64,000 bases of DNA from Candidatus Termititenax aidoneus (GTDB lineage: Bacteria > Margulisbacteria > Termititenacia > Termititenacales > Termititenacaceae): positions 25,484 to 89,483 of the forward strand of contig BGZN01000003.1 in assembly GCA_003864455.1 (NCBI GenBank), in the 5' to 3' direction. The position numbers were made by a program, and so were the translations under genes. Positions 27,574 through 35,276 of the stretch are shown piece after piece; the stretch's first letter is position 1, and the number at the start of each line of letters is the position of its first letter. The notes beneath the pieces are model-generated. The model did not search any database and was not told the origin of the DNA. It saw only the letters and a program-made list of their open reading frames with translations.

Positions 27574-27631
27574 GGTATAATTTGTCCTTGCTCCATTCTT
27601 TGTATTGTAGGGTGGAATGGGGAACCAAAGT

Positions 27632-27730
27632 TACTAAAAGTCCTCCTTGCACGTCGCTACGCTTGTTGGTCTCACTTAACTTCGGGCTTACGCCCTTGTT
27701 AAGCTCGACGCGGGTAACCAAAGTGTTATA
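27632..27730 (-). repeat. Single diverged copy of the 104-bp repeat unit also found in tandem at 37032-37289
   Basis: Minus-strand read …GTCGAGCTTAACAAG[GGCGTAAGCCCG]AAGTTAAGTGAGACCAACAAGCGTAGCGACGTG… versus repeat unit …GTCGAGCTTAACAAG[CGAAGCG]AAGTTAAGCGAGACCCACAAGCACGCGAAGCGGGCGACGTG…. Confidence 0.6.
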
Positions 27731-27899
27731 CTTTAGGCTATGCGAAAGACGAAGCCTAAAAAACTCAAAGCGCGCGACGAAATTTTGCTGCGTCATATCA
27801 CTACCGGCAAGATCGGCTGCGGACCGCACAAAAATAAAATAAAATACAGCCGCCAACGCAGCAAACTCGAAACTAAAAATACCGCCGTGGAGGAACAAA

Positions 27900-28217
27900 A
27901 TGCCAAAACTTAAATTTACGCAGAACAGCAAAACTTACGAAGCGTGCGGCACGGATTTTCAAATACGCGTTTGGCAGGAATTGCGCAAGATCCCCAGAGG
28001 GCAAGTTATTACTTACGCGGAATTGGCGCGGCGCGCAGGCCGCCCGCGCTCCGCGCGGGCCGCGGCGAACGCCTGCGGCGCCAATCCGCTGCCGGTCATA
28101 GTTCCCTGTCACCGCGTTATCCGTGGCGACGGAGGTTTGGGCGGATACTCAGGAGTCGGCGGCGTGCGGAGAAAACGCGAATTGCTGCGCAAAGAGGGTT
28201 ATATTTTACTGGCTTAA
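27900..28217 (+). CDS. MGMT-family protein (O6-alkylguanine-DNA alkyltransferase DNA-binding domain only, YbaZ-like), 105 aa
   Basis: Active-site motif PCHRVI and an HTH (TYAELARRAG) are present. The N-terminal Ada/Ogt domain is absent. Confidence 0.8.
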   Translation: MPKLKFTQNSKTYEACGTDFQIRVWQELRKIPRGQVITYAELARRAGRPRSARAAANACGANPLPVIVPCHRVIRGDGGLGGYSGVGGVRRKRELLRKEGYILLA

Positions 28218-31200
28218 TTTTTTCTCGAGGCGTTTGATGTAATGTTCAGACCGGATTTCACAAAATATTTGCAAGGCTTTATCTAATATTTTTATTCTAT
28301 CGAAATAATTTTCATCGCGGCCTGTGGAATTGAACAACGAAGCGTAGTGGTACATAGATTTGCCCAGTTCATATTTACGGCCGATGAGTTTGCAGTGTTT
28401 TATAGACTGCAAAAATAACTTTTTAGCTTTGTCTTTTTTGTTGACCAGAACATTGTATCTCGCCGCCGCACGCAAAGCTCCGCCGTAATGTGTCGGCCAG
28501 TTTTTAGTCTCCCGTAAAGCTCTTTGGCTGGCTGCCTGAATTTGCCGCAGGAAATTTTCGCTGTCCGGAATTTTAGCCGTGTCGTTTTTATATTTTCGAT
28601 AATAAGCGATCAGGATTTCCGCATGATCATTCAAAATATTGATCGAATACTCTTTATTGAAATTCGCGCCTTCCGCGTTGTAATGCTCGATCGCTTCGGT
28701 GATGTAGCCTTTGGCTTTTTCCAGCTCGCCTTTTTCTAGGTAAAGCATGGACAGCTCGGTCAGCACATTGCAAAGCATTTGCTGTTCATCGCGTTTGTAC
28801 AATTCACGGGCATAACCTAAAGCGGTCAGGCCGGATTTTTCCGCTTGTTCCAGACTGCCTGTTTCAGCCCGAAGACTCAATTGCATCAAATTAGCGGAAG
28901 CCAGGCCGTAAGTGTCATTAGCCCTGGTTACGCGCACAAAGTATTTTTTGTTTAATTCATCGGCTGCGGGGTATTTGGCCAGCGCGTAATACACATAAGA
29001 CATGGAGGTTTGCACGCGGGCGATATGCTCGTTGTCGCCGGCTATGGAAAAATATTTAAGGCTTTTTTCCAGATAATGCTGGGCGCGGCGAAAATCCGCT
29101 TTTAGCCAGAGATAATTATAGGCCGAAAACTGATAAAGCTGCCCTAGACCAAAAGCGTTTTTGTTTTTCTCATTTTTTCCATACAGAATCTCAGCTTTTT
29201 CAAAGTATTTTTGCGCGGAATTAAACTTGCCGAGATTGAGCATGATAAGGCCTAGGCCGCAGTAACTTAAAGCTTCTTCACTGGATTTAGGCAGAAAATG
29301 TCTGGCGATGCCGTTCATTTTCAAAATACAATAGGTTAGTTTTAACCGATCGGTCGTGGAATAATTCCAGGCCAGCGTATTATAGAACCAGATTTTTTGC
29401 GCCGCGCGTTCCTTATCTGCCCGGGATTGTTCTGACGGAAAACTGGCCATAACGTCCAGCAACTGCAGGGCTAAATAGCCTTTCGTAACTCTTTCGGGAA
29501 AACTTTCCTCCAAAATTTTTAAACCATTCAGGCCGTAATATTCACAACTGCTGTAATTGGCTTGTTTATAATACGCGGCGCATAAAAAACTGTAAGCTCT
29601 GGCTTTATCCGGCGGTGAATTTAAAAAAGGCATAATTTTGTTGAGCAGATTTTCCGCTGACGCGACCTGTCCGACCACCAAATACAATTCGGCTAATTTT
29701 AAACCGGACTGGATATGTCCTTCTGAACCTTCCTGCGTGCTGGCGACTACAGACTCCAGCACATTGATCGCTTCTGCATAGGCAAAACCTTGAGCATGCT
29801 TCAGCGCGGCAGTATAACCGTGTTTCCAGGATTGATCCAGGATTACGGCGGATTGACTGTTTTGTGCGTGATAATAAAGGTCTTCGGCCTGCTCAGTTTT
29901 CTCTTCTGTGGTCAAACGGCCGTCCAGAAAATTTAAAGCGGCGGCATGTACAACGCTGCGGATTTTTTCCGGCAGATCATTCAAAAGCACCTGCCGGATA
30001 TAGTCATGGACAAAAACGATTTCATTTTGGTCGTTCAAGCGCACCAACTGAGCCTCCACAGCGTTGCGGATCTTAGTGGCGTTTAATTTCGGACATAGCC
30101 TGCTAAGGTCTTCAACAGTCAGGCTTTGCGCGCCGACCGCCGCGGCATAAATTAGCAAAGCTTTAGTCTCATTATCTAAAACATTCAGTTTGTCATGTAT
30201 CGAATCTTTGGTCAGCGGCGCAATAGAGATTCTTTCAGCCCGTTCTTCCGAGAAAGTCCATTGATTGTTTTTTAAGTAAAGAACCGGCGGGTCTATGGCG
30301 TTCTTTTCTGTGTTGGCGCTTTTTAGTTGTTTGACAATCTCCAGCGCATAGAAAGGATTGCCGCCGCTTTTTTTCTGCACCCAGTTGGCCAGGGCGGAAA
30401 TAGAGCTGTTCCTTTGCTGCAGCTCATTGACGATCATTTTTTCCGTGTCCCGTAAATTAAAATTTTGCAGAGCCAATTCTTTGGCGCTGGCCAGTAAATT
30501 TTCCTTGAGAAAATCAAAATTGACATGCAGCAAAGGCTGGATTTCTTTGTAGGTGCAGACCAGCAGCAGATAAGAACTGGCTAACTGTTCGCGGGATAAT
30601 TTTTCCAAAACTTCCTTGGAATATGAGTCGAGCCATTGTAAATCATTCAGCACGATGACCATGCCCTGTTCAGCCGCGGCCAGACAGAGCAAAAACCGGA
30701 TAAATATATTGCAGAATTTAAGCTGTTCGCTGGAAGAGGTGTCCATTTTGACTGAAAAAGACAAATTTTCGTCATTAAGGTTTAGATCGAGCAGTTCGCC
30801 TAATTGCGGAGCAAAACTCTGAATTTCTTTTTCATAATCTATGCCGTAGTTTTCCATCTGTTTTTTTAGCTCGGCTGAAATCGCTGCTTTTTTGTCGTGA
30901 GGATAACTTCTAAAACGTTTGATATACGTGATCAGTATTTGTTTGAAAGCCAGATAAGGCTGTTGCCGGTCGCCTAGTTCGAATCCGCCTTCCATAAACG
31001 GCTTGAGATTTGCTTTGGCAATAGGTTTCAACTGGCCGGCCAGAGCGGTTTTGCCAATGCCGGATTCGCCGCTGATTATATATACGTTGCCTTGTTTTTG
31101 CAGCGCGCTGTGGAAAGCGTTTTTTAATTGTTTTACTTCAGCAAGGCGTCCGACAAAATTTTCTCCGGAAGGAAAAGCGCTAAGGTTAGACGAGACACCC

Positions 31201-31253
31201 TGCGCTAAAAGCTCTCGATTTGAGTGAATTACTTTATGATGCATAACGTACAA
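28206..31253 (-). CDS. STAND-type NTPase (AAA_16 P-loop + long TPR-like helical C-terminus), 1015 aa, no recognisable DNA-binding or effector domain
   Basis: FVGRLAEVKQL…ISGESGIGKTAL resembles the AAA_16/MalT-type N-terminus. The ~900 aa repetitive helical region has TPR character. The gene is lower in GC than its neighbours. Confidence 0.65.
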   Translation of the reverse strand: MYVMHHKVIHSNRELLAQGVSSNLSAFPSGENFVGRLAEVKQLKNAFHSALQKQGNVYIISGESGIGKTALAGQLKPIAKANLKPFMEGGFELGDRQQPYLAFKQILITYIKRFRSYPHDKKAAISAELKKQMENYGIDYEKEIQSFAPQLGELLDLNLNDENLSFSVKMDTSSSEQLKFCNIFIRFLLCLAAAEQGMVIVLNDLQWLDSYSKEVLEKLSREQLASSYLLLVCTYKEIQPLLHVNFDFLKENLLASAKELALQNFNLRDTEKMIVNELQQRNSSISALANWVQKKSGGNPFYALEIVKQLKSANTEKNAIDPPVLYLKNNQWTFSEERAERISIAPLTKDSIHDKLNVLDNETKALLIYAAAVGAQSLTVEDLSRLCPKLNATKIRNAVEAQLVRLNDQNEIVFVHDYIRQVLLNDLPEKIRSVVHAAALNFLDGRLTTEEKTEQAEDLYYHAQNSQSAVILDQSWKHGYTAALKHAQGFAYAEAINVLESVVASTQEGSEGHIQSGLKLAELYLVVGQVASAENLLNKIMPFLNSPPDKARAYSFLCAAYYKQANYSSCEYYGLNGLKILEESFPERVTKGYLALQLLDVMASFPSEQSRADKERAAQKIWFYNTLAWNYSTTDRLKLTYCILKMNGIARHFLPKSSEEALSYCGLGLIMLNLGKFNSAQKYFEKAEILYGKNEKNKNAFGLGQLYQFSAYNYLWLKADFRRAQHYLEKSLKYFSIAGDNEHIARVQTSMSYVYYALAKYPAADELNKKYFVRVTRANDTYGLASANLMQLSLRAETGSLEQAEKSGLTALGYARELYKRDEQQMLCNVLTELSMLYLEKGELEKAKGYITEAIEHYNAEGANFNKEYSINILNDHAEILIAYYRKYKNDTAKIPDSENFLRQIQAASQRALRETKNWPTHYGGALRAAARYNVLVNKKDKAKKLFLQSIKHCKLIGRKYELGKSMYHYASLFNSTGRDENYFDRIKILDKALQIFCEIRSEHYIKRLEKKLSQ

Positions 31254-31311
31254 TCCATTTCTTGCGCTTCATGTTAGCATGATAAGCAAAATAAAAACAA
31301 TGAGTTAAAAA

Positions 31312-32367
31312 CTACAGGCCGAGGAGTTTTGCTATTTCCTGAATGTCCGCGCTGCTTTTGCTGACCGGCGGAGCGACCGCGATGGCGCGGTCCGGGTCTT
31401 TGAGGCCGTGGCCGGTGAGCACACAGACGGCGGTTTCTCCGCTTTGAAAAAATCCTTCCCGCGCTTTTTTGAGCAGACCGGCGATCGAGGCGGCGGAAGC
31501 CGGCTCGCAAAATATGCCTTCGCGCGCGGCCAGTTTGATCTGGGCGGACGTGATCTCCTCGTCGCTGACTTTTTCGATGATCCCGTGCGATTCGTCGCGC
31601 GCGGCCTCGGCTTGTTTCCAGGAAGCGGGATTGCCGATCTTAATCGCCGTGGCAATAGTGCGCGGATCTTTGATCGGGTGGCCGTCGACTATCGGCGCGG
31701 CTCCGGCGGCTTGAAAACCCAGCATTTTGGGCAGAGCTTTTATTTGTCCGGCGGCTTGCCATTCCTGATAACCTTTCCAGTAGGCGGTGATATTACCGGC
31801 GTTGCCGACCGGCAGGCAGTGATAATCCGGCGCGCGGCCAAGCTGCTCGGCTATTTCAAAAGCGCCGGTTTTTTGGCCATCGATGCGGTGAGGATTGAGC
31901 GAATTAACCAGCGTAACCGGATATTTTTCGCTGATAATTTTTACCGCGGCGAGCGCATCATCAAAATTGCCGTCGATAGCGATGACTTTCGCGCCTTGGA
32001 TCATGGCCTGCGCCAATTTGCCCAGCGCGATATTGCCGTCTGGTATCAGGACAAAACATTTCAGACCGGCGCGCGCCGCGTAAGCTGCCGCGGAAGCCGA
32101 AGTGTTGCCGGTCGAGGCGCAGATCACTGCTTGAGAACCGGCTTCCGCGGCTTTGCTAATCGCCAAAAACATGCCGCGGTCTTTGAAAGAGCCGGTGGGA
32201 TTAAGGCCTTCAAACTTCACGTAAACATTGAGGTCTATTTTTAACTCTTGCCGCACAAAATTTTGTAATTTGATAAGTGGCGTGTTGCCTTCGTGCAGCG
32301 TGATATTCGGCGTTTTGTCCGTGACGGGCAGATATTTCCGATATTTATCCAGTAAACCGGTCCACAT
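31312..32367 (-). CDS. thrC: Threonine synthase
   Basis: PLP-lysine motif FEGLNPTGSFKDRGM plus conserved TGNTSASAAAYAARAG. Start chosen at MWTGLLDKY (32367); the ORF-track N-extension looks spurious. Confidence 0.88.
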   Translation of the reverse strand: MWTGLLDKYRKYLPVTDKTPNITLHEGNTPLIKLQNFVRQELKIDLNVYVKFEGLNPTGSFKDRGMFLAISKAAEAGSQAVICASTGNTSASAAAYAARAGLKCFVLIPDGNIALGKLAQAMIQGAKVIAIDGNFDDALAAVKIISEKYPVTLVNSLNPHRIDGQKTGAFEIAEQLGRAPDYHCLPVGNAGNITAYWKGYQEWQAAGQIKALPKMLGFQAAGAAPIVDGHPIKDPRTIATAIKIGNPASWKQAEAARDESHGIIEKVSDEEITSAQIKLAAREGIFCEPASAASIAGLLKKAREGFFQSGETAVCVLTGHGLKDPDRAIAVAPPVSKSSADIQEIAKLLGL

Positions 32368-32581
32368 GGGCGGTATTATAGCAATTGTCCTGATAAAGGG
32401 ACAGGCATAATTTTGGCATAGGCATAATTTTGGGTATAATTTTAAATTTTGGGACACAACTTTAACTTTAGTACCCAATTATGACTAGAACTTTTTTTGT
32501 TTAGATAAGCCAAATTACATAGTTTGGATAATTTTTACGAGATTTTTGCCAACTGGCATTTTTCTTGCTGTTTTCTAAAAT

Positions 32582-33265
32582 ATGGCACGAATTGCAAGAA
32601 TAAAACCTGTAGGACAGATATACTCGGTAGTTACCAGAGTGAATAATTCTGATTTTGCGTTTGCGGATCGCTCTGTATGCACTGCATTTCTCAAGCATGT
32701 AAAAGAAATAAAGGCCGAGCTTGGTTTTAAGCTTTATGCTTTTGTGCTTATGTCTACACATGTGCATCTCTTGATAGAGCCAAACGAGGCAATCGCGGAT
32801 ATTTCAGAAATTATGTGCCGGATCAACGGGCTGTTTGCCAAAAAATACAATGCTTTCCACAAACGTAAAGGGCATTTCTGGATGCAGAGATTTGGTAGTA
32901 AACTGGTGGAAATGGGGCAATATTTTACCAATACAATTGTCTATTTTATGCTCAATCCGGTAAAGGCTGGAATTACAGATAATCCGCTGAAATATGAATA
33001 CAGCAGCATACATAATATTATTTCCGGTAAATTTTCTGATCTGCTGGACAGGCTTCCACAGGCCTGTGTTGAATATATAAAAGATTTTCTGCGTCAGAAA
33101 AATTTTGTAAAAGTATTGAATAAATGCAAACGCTTCTTGCGGCGGTTCAGTTTTAATCTGCGAAAAACAAGGCGAGAGCAAAAGTTCAGGCATTTTATTG
33201 GCGGCCAACAATTCTATGAGCGATGTATGAAGAGATATATAAATCTTTGTGGCCAGAGTTGTTGA
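32582..33265 (+). CDS. IS200-like/REP-associated tyrosine transposase (Y1 HUH transposase, RAYT-like), 227 aa
   Basis: HUH motif LMSTHVHLLIE and the conserved …FWMQRFGSKLV…Y… C-terminal region. No IS terminal structures are evident around it. Confidence 0.75.
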   Translation: MARIARIKPVGQIYSVVTRVNNSDFAFADRSVCTAFLKHVKEIKAELGFKLYAFVLMSTHVHLLIEPNEAIADISEIMCRINGLFAKKYNAFHKRKGHFWMQRFGSKLVEMGQYFTNTIVYFMLNPVKAGITDNPLKYEYSSIHNIISGKFSDLLDRLPQACVEYIKDFLRQKNFVKVLNKCKRFLRRFSFNLRKTRREQKFRHFIGGQQFYERCMKRYINLCGQSC

Positions 33266-33436
33266 GCTGCCACAGGGAAACTAGCGTCCCAAAATAGAAA
33301 ATTTAGTCAAGAGCGACAAAATCAACACGTCAAATTTTCCAAAAAACGCATGATGTATAGTTTTATACAATAAATCTCAGGAAATTTCTGTAATTACGGC
33401 AGAGAAAATCGGGTAAATGTTAATGTTGCTGCGTGC

Positions 33437-33540
33437 CAGTGCCAAATATGCCAATATGCCCAAGTATGCCTGTCCCTTGTCCGTCCCTTGTCCGGGAATG
33501 GGAATGTGCCTGTCCCTTTTCGTCGTCCCTTTTCGTGTGC
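33437..33540. repeat. Cluster of short direct repeats upstream of miaA (ATATGCC x3; GTCCCTTGTCC x2; GTCCCTTTTCGT x2)
   Basis: gccaaatatgccaatatgcccaagtatgcctgtcccttgtccgtcccttgtccgggaatgggaatgtgcctgtcccttttcgtcgtcccttttcgtg read directly. Confidence 0.6.
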
Positions 33541-33560
33541 TTTCTTTGTTAAAATACGCT

Positions 33561-34451
33561 ATGCGGAAAATCACTCTCATCGTCGGTCCTACCGGCGCCG
33601 GCAAATCGGATTATGCGGTATGTCTGGCGCTGGAACAAAGCGCCGCGATTATCTCGGTGGACGCTTTTCAGGTCTATCGCGGTCTGGACATTGGCACAGC
33701 CAAACTGACTTTATCCGAGCGAAAAGGCGTGCCGCATTACGCCATAGATATTGTCGAGCCGGCAGAGGGTTTCTCTGTGGCGGACTACATTACTTATGTT
33801 TCCAGGCTGCTGGCTGGCGAATTGAGGGACAGGCATATTGTTTTTTGCGGAGGTACGGGATTTTATTACAATGCCTTGATAAATGGTCTGTGCCTGTCCC
33901 TTTCTGTGAAAGACGAAACTGTGCGCCGGAGACTGCGTGCGCAGGCCGCGGAAAAAGGACGGGAGTGGCTGTGGGGCGAATTAAAAAAAGTCGATACGGA
34001 AGCCGCCGCGAAAATTCACGCCAACGATTTATTTAGAGTAGTCCGCGCGCTGGAGGTTTATGAGTTGACCGGCCAAAAAATTTCCGCCCAGCAAAAAAAA
34101 CAGCCGTCAATTTTGGGGACAGGCACGACAGGCATAGATGCTCATATCGGCTACCGCATCATCGGCCTGACCATGCCGCGCGCGGAACTTTATGCCAGAT
34201 TGGACGCGCGCGTGGATAACATGTTCGAGCGCGGCTTGCTAGACGAGGCGCGCGGTCTGCTTGCGCGCGGCTGTACAGCCGAGTTATCATCTATGCAGGC
34301 GATCGGCTACAAGGAGGCGTTGCGTTATTTGCAGGGACTGAGCAGCCGAGAAGAAATGCTCGCGGACATTAAACAAAACACGCGCAATTTTGCCAAACGG
34401 CAGTACACCTGGTTTCGCGCGTTTAAAAATGTGGAGTGGCTAGAACTATGA
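33561..34451 (+). CDS. miaA: tRNA dimethylallyltransferase
   Basis: P-loop ITLIVGPTGAGKS and the conserved DAFQVYRGLDIGTAK. Start chosen at MRKITLI (33561). Confidence 0.9.
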   Translation: MRKITLIVGPTGAGKSDYAVCLALEQSAAIISVDAFQVYRGLDIGTAKLTLSERKGVPHYAIDIVEPAEGFSVADYITYVSRLLAGELRDRHIVFCGGTGFYYNALINGLCLSLSVKDETVRRRLRAQAAEKGREWLWGELKKVDTEAAAKIHANDLFRVVRALEVYELTGQKISAQQKKQPSILGTGTTGIDAHIGYRIIGLTMPRAELYARLDARVDNMFERGLLDEARGLLARGCTAELSSMQAIGYKEALRYLQGLSSREEMLADIKQNTRNFAKRQYTWFRAFKNVEWLEL

Positions 34452-35275
34452 ACTTTGTCAAACTCGAAGGTCTGGGCAACGATTTTATTTTGTTTGACGC
34501 GCTGAAAGATGACTTGAGCGCGATTAACTTTCATGAATTAGCGCCAAAACTCTGCAACCGGCATTTCGGCATCGGCGCGGACGGACTGCTCATCGTGCGC
34601 AAATCCGAAAAAGCCGATTTTTATATGCAGGTCATCAATGCCGACGGCTCGGAGCCGCAAATGTGCGGCAACGGTATACGTTGTTTCGCGCGCTACGTTT
34701 ATGAAAATTACGCAAAAAAAAGCGTGATCTCGGTAGAAACTCTGGCCGGTATTATGCTGCCGGTGCTGGACCCCAAAAACAATATTATCGAAGTCGATAT
34801 GGGCGAGCCAATACTGGAGCCGGCGCGCGTGCCGGTCAAATTTTCCGGCGAAAAAATGCTGAATGCGCCGGTGCCGGTTTTAGACCAGACTTTTGCGATT
34901 ACCGCGGTTTCGATGGGCAATCCGCACGGCGTGATTTTTGTCGCTGATGTGTCCGCGGTAAATGTGCCGGTTTACGGTGCGGCTCTGGAGACGCACGAGA
35001 TATTTCCTGAGAAAGCCAATATTGAATTTTGCCAGATACTGTCGCGCGGTGAAATCAAAATGCGCGTCTGGGAGCGCGGCGCTGGCGAAACTCTGGCCTG
35101 CGGCACCGGAGCTTGTGCCGCGGCGGTGGCTGGCGTGCTGACCGGCCGTCTAGACCGCGATGTTACAGTGCAATTGGCCGGCGGCATTTTAAAAATTTCC
35201 TGGGACGCTGACGACAATCGCGTGTCGATGTCCGGCCCGGCTTTTCAGGTTTTTAAAGGAGAAGTGGTTTTATAA
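34448..35275 (+). CDS. dapF: Diaminopimelate epimerase
   Basis: MNFVKLEGLGNDFILFD and the active-site motif CGNGIRCFARYV. The ATG overlaps the miaA stop (ATGA). Confidence 0.9.
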   Translation: MNFVKLEGLGNDFILFDALKDDLSAINFHELAPKLCNRHFGIGADGLLIVRKSEKADFYMQVINADGSEPQMCGNGIRCFARYVYENYAKKSVISVETLAGIMLPVLDPKNNIIEVDMGEPILEPARVPVKFSGEKMLNAPVPVLDQTFAITAVSMGNPHGVIFVADVSAVNVPVYGAALETHEIFPEKANIEFCQILSRGEIKMRVWERGAGETLACGTGACAAAVAGVLTGRLDRDVTVQLAGGILKISWDADDNRVSMSGPAFQVFKGEVVL

Positions 35276-35276
35276 A

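Larger units (their letters stand above)
16006..27618. mobile_element. AT-rich ~11.6 kb integrative (mobilizable) element inserted at the 3' end of tRNA-Gln
   Basis: 10-bp direct repeat GGGGAACCAA at 15996-16005 (the tRNA 3' end) and again at 27619-27628. Immediately inside these lie 9-bp inverted repeats TCCACCCTA (16006-16014) and TAGGGTGGA (27608-27616). GC content drops sharply relative to both flanks. Cargo includes a large serine recombinase, ParB-like, ArdC-like, MTase and Rep_trans-like genes. Confidence 0.6.

Noticed and set aside
16006-27618. Interpretation of the AT-rich island as a prophage
   Set aside because: There are no terminase, portal, capsid, tail or lysis genes. The only tail-like gene in the window (5401..6486) lies 10 kb away, outside the island boundaries. 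The content (ArdC, ParB, Rep_trans, MTase, serine recombinase) fits an integrative mobilizable element.
32368-32478. 37-aa N-terminal extension of thrC in the ORF track (MGTKVKVVSQNLKLYPKLCLCQ…)
   Set aside because: Threonine synthase homology starts at MWTGLLDKY. The extension overlaps the repeat-containing promoter region and has no counterpart in ThrC.
33417-33560. N-terminal extension of the miaA ORF (MLMLLRASAKYANMPKYACPLSVPCPG…) and the alternative-frame ORF 33488..34036
   Set aside because: The extension is translated from the short-repeat-rich promoter region. MiaA homology and the P-loop begin at MRKITLIVGPTGAGKS (33561). The alternative frame is Arg/Gly-rich nonsense.
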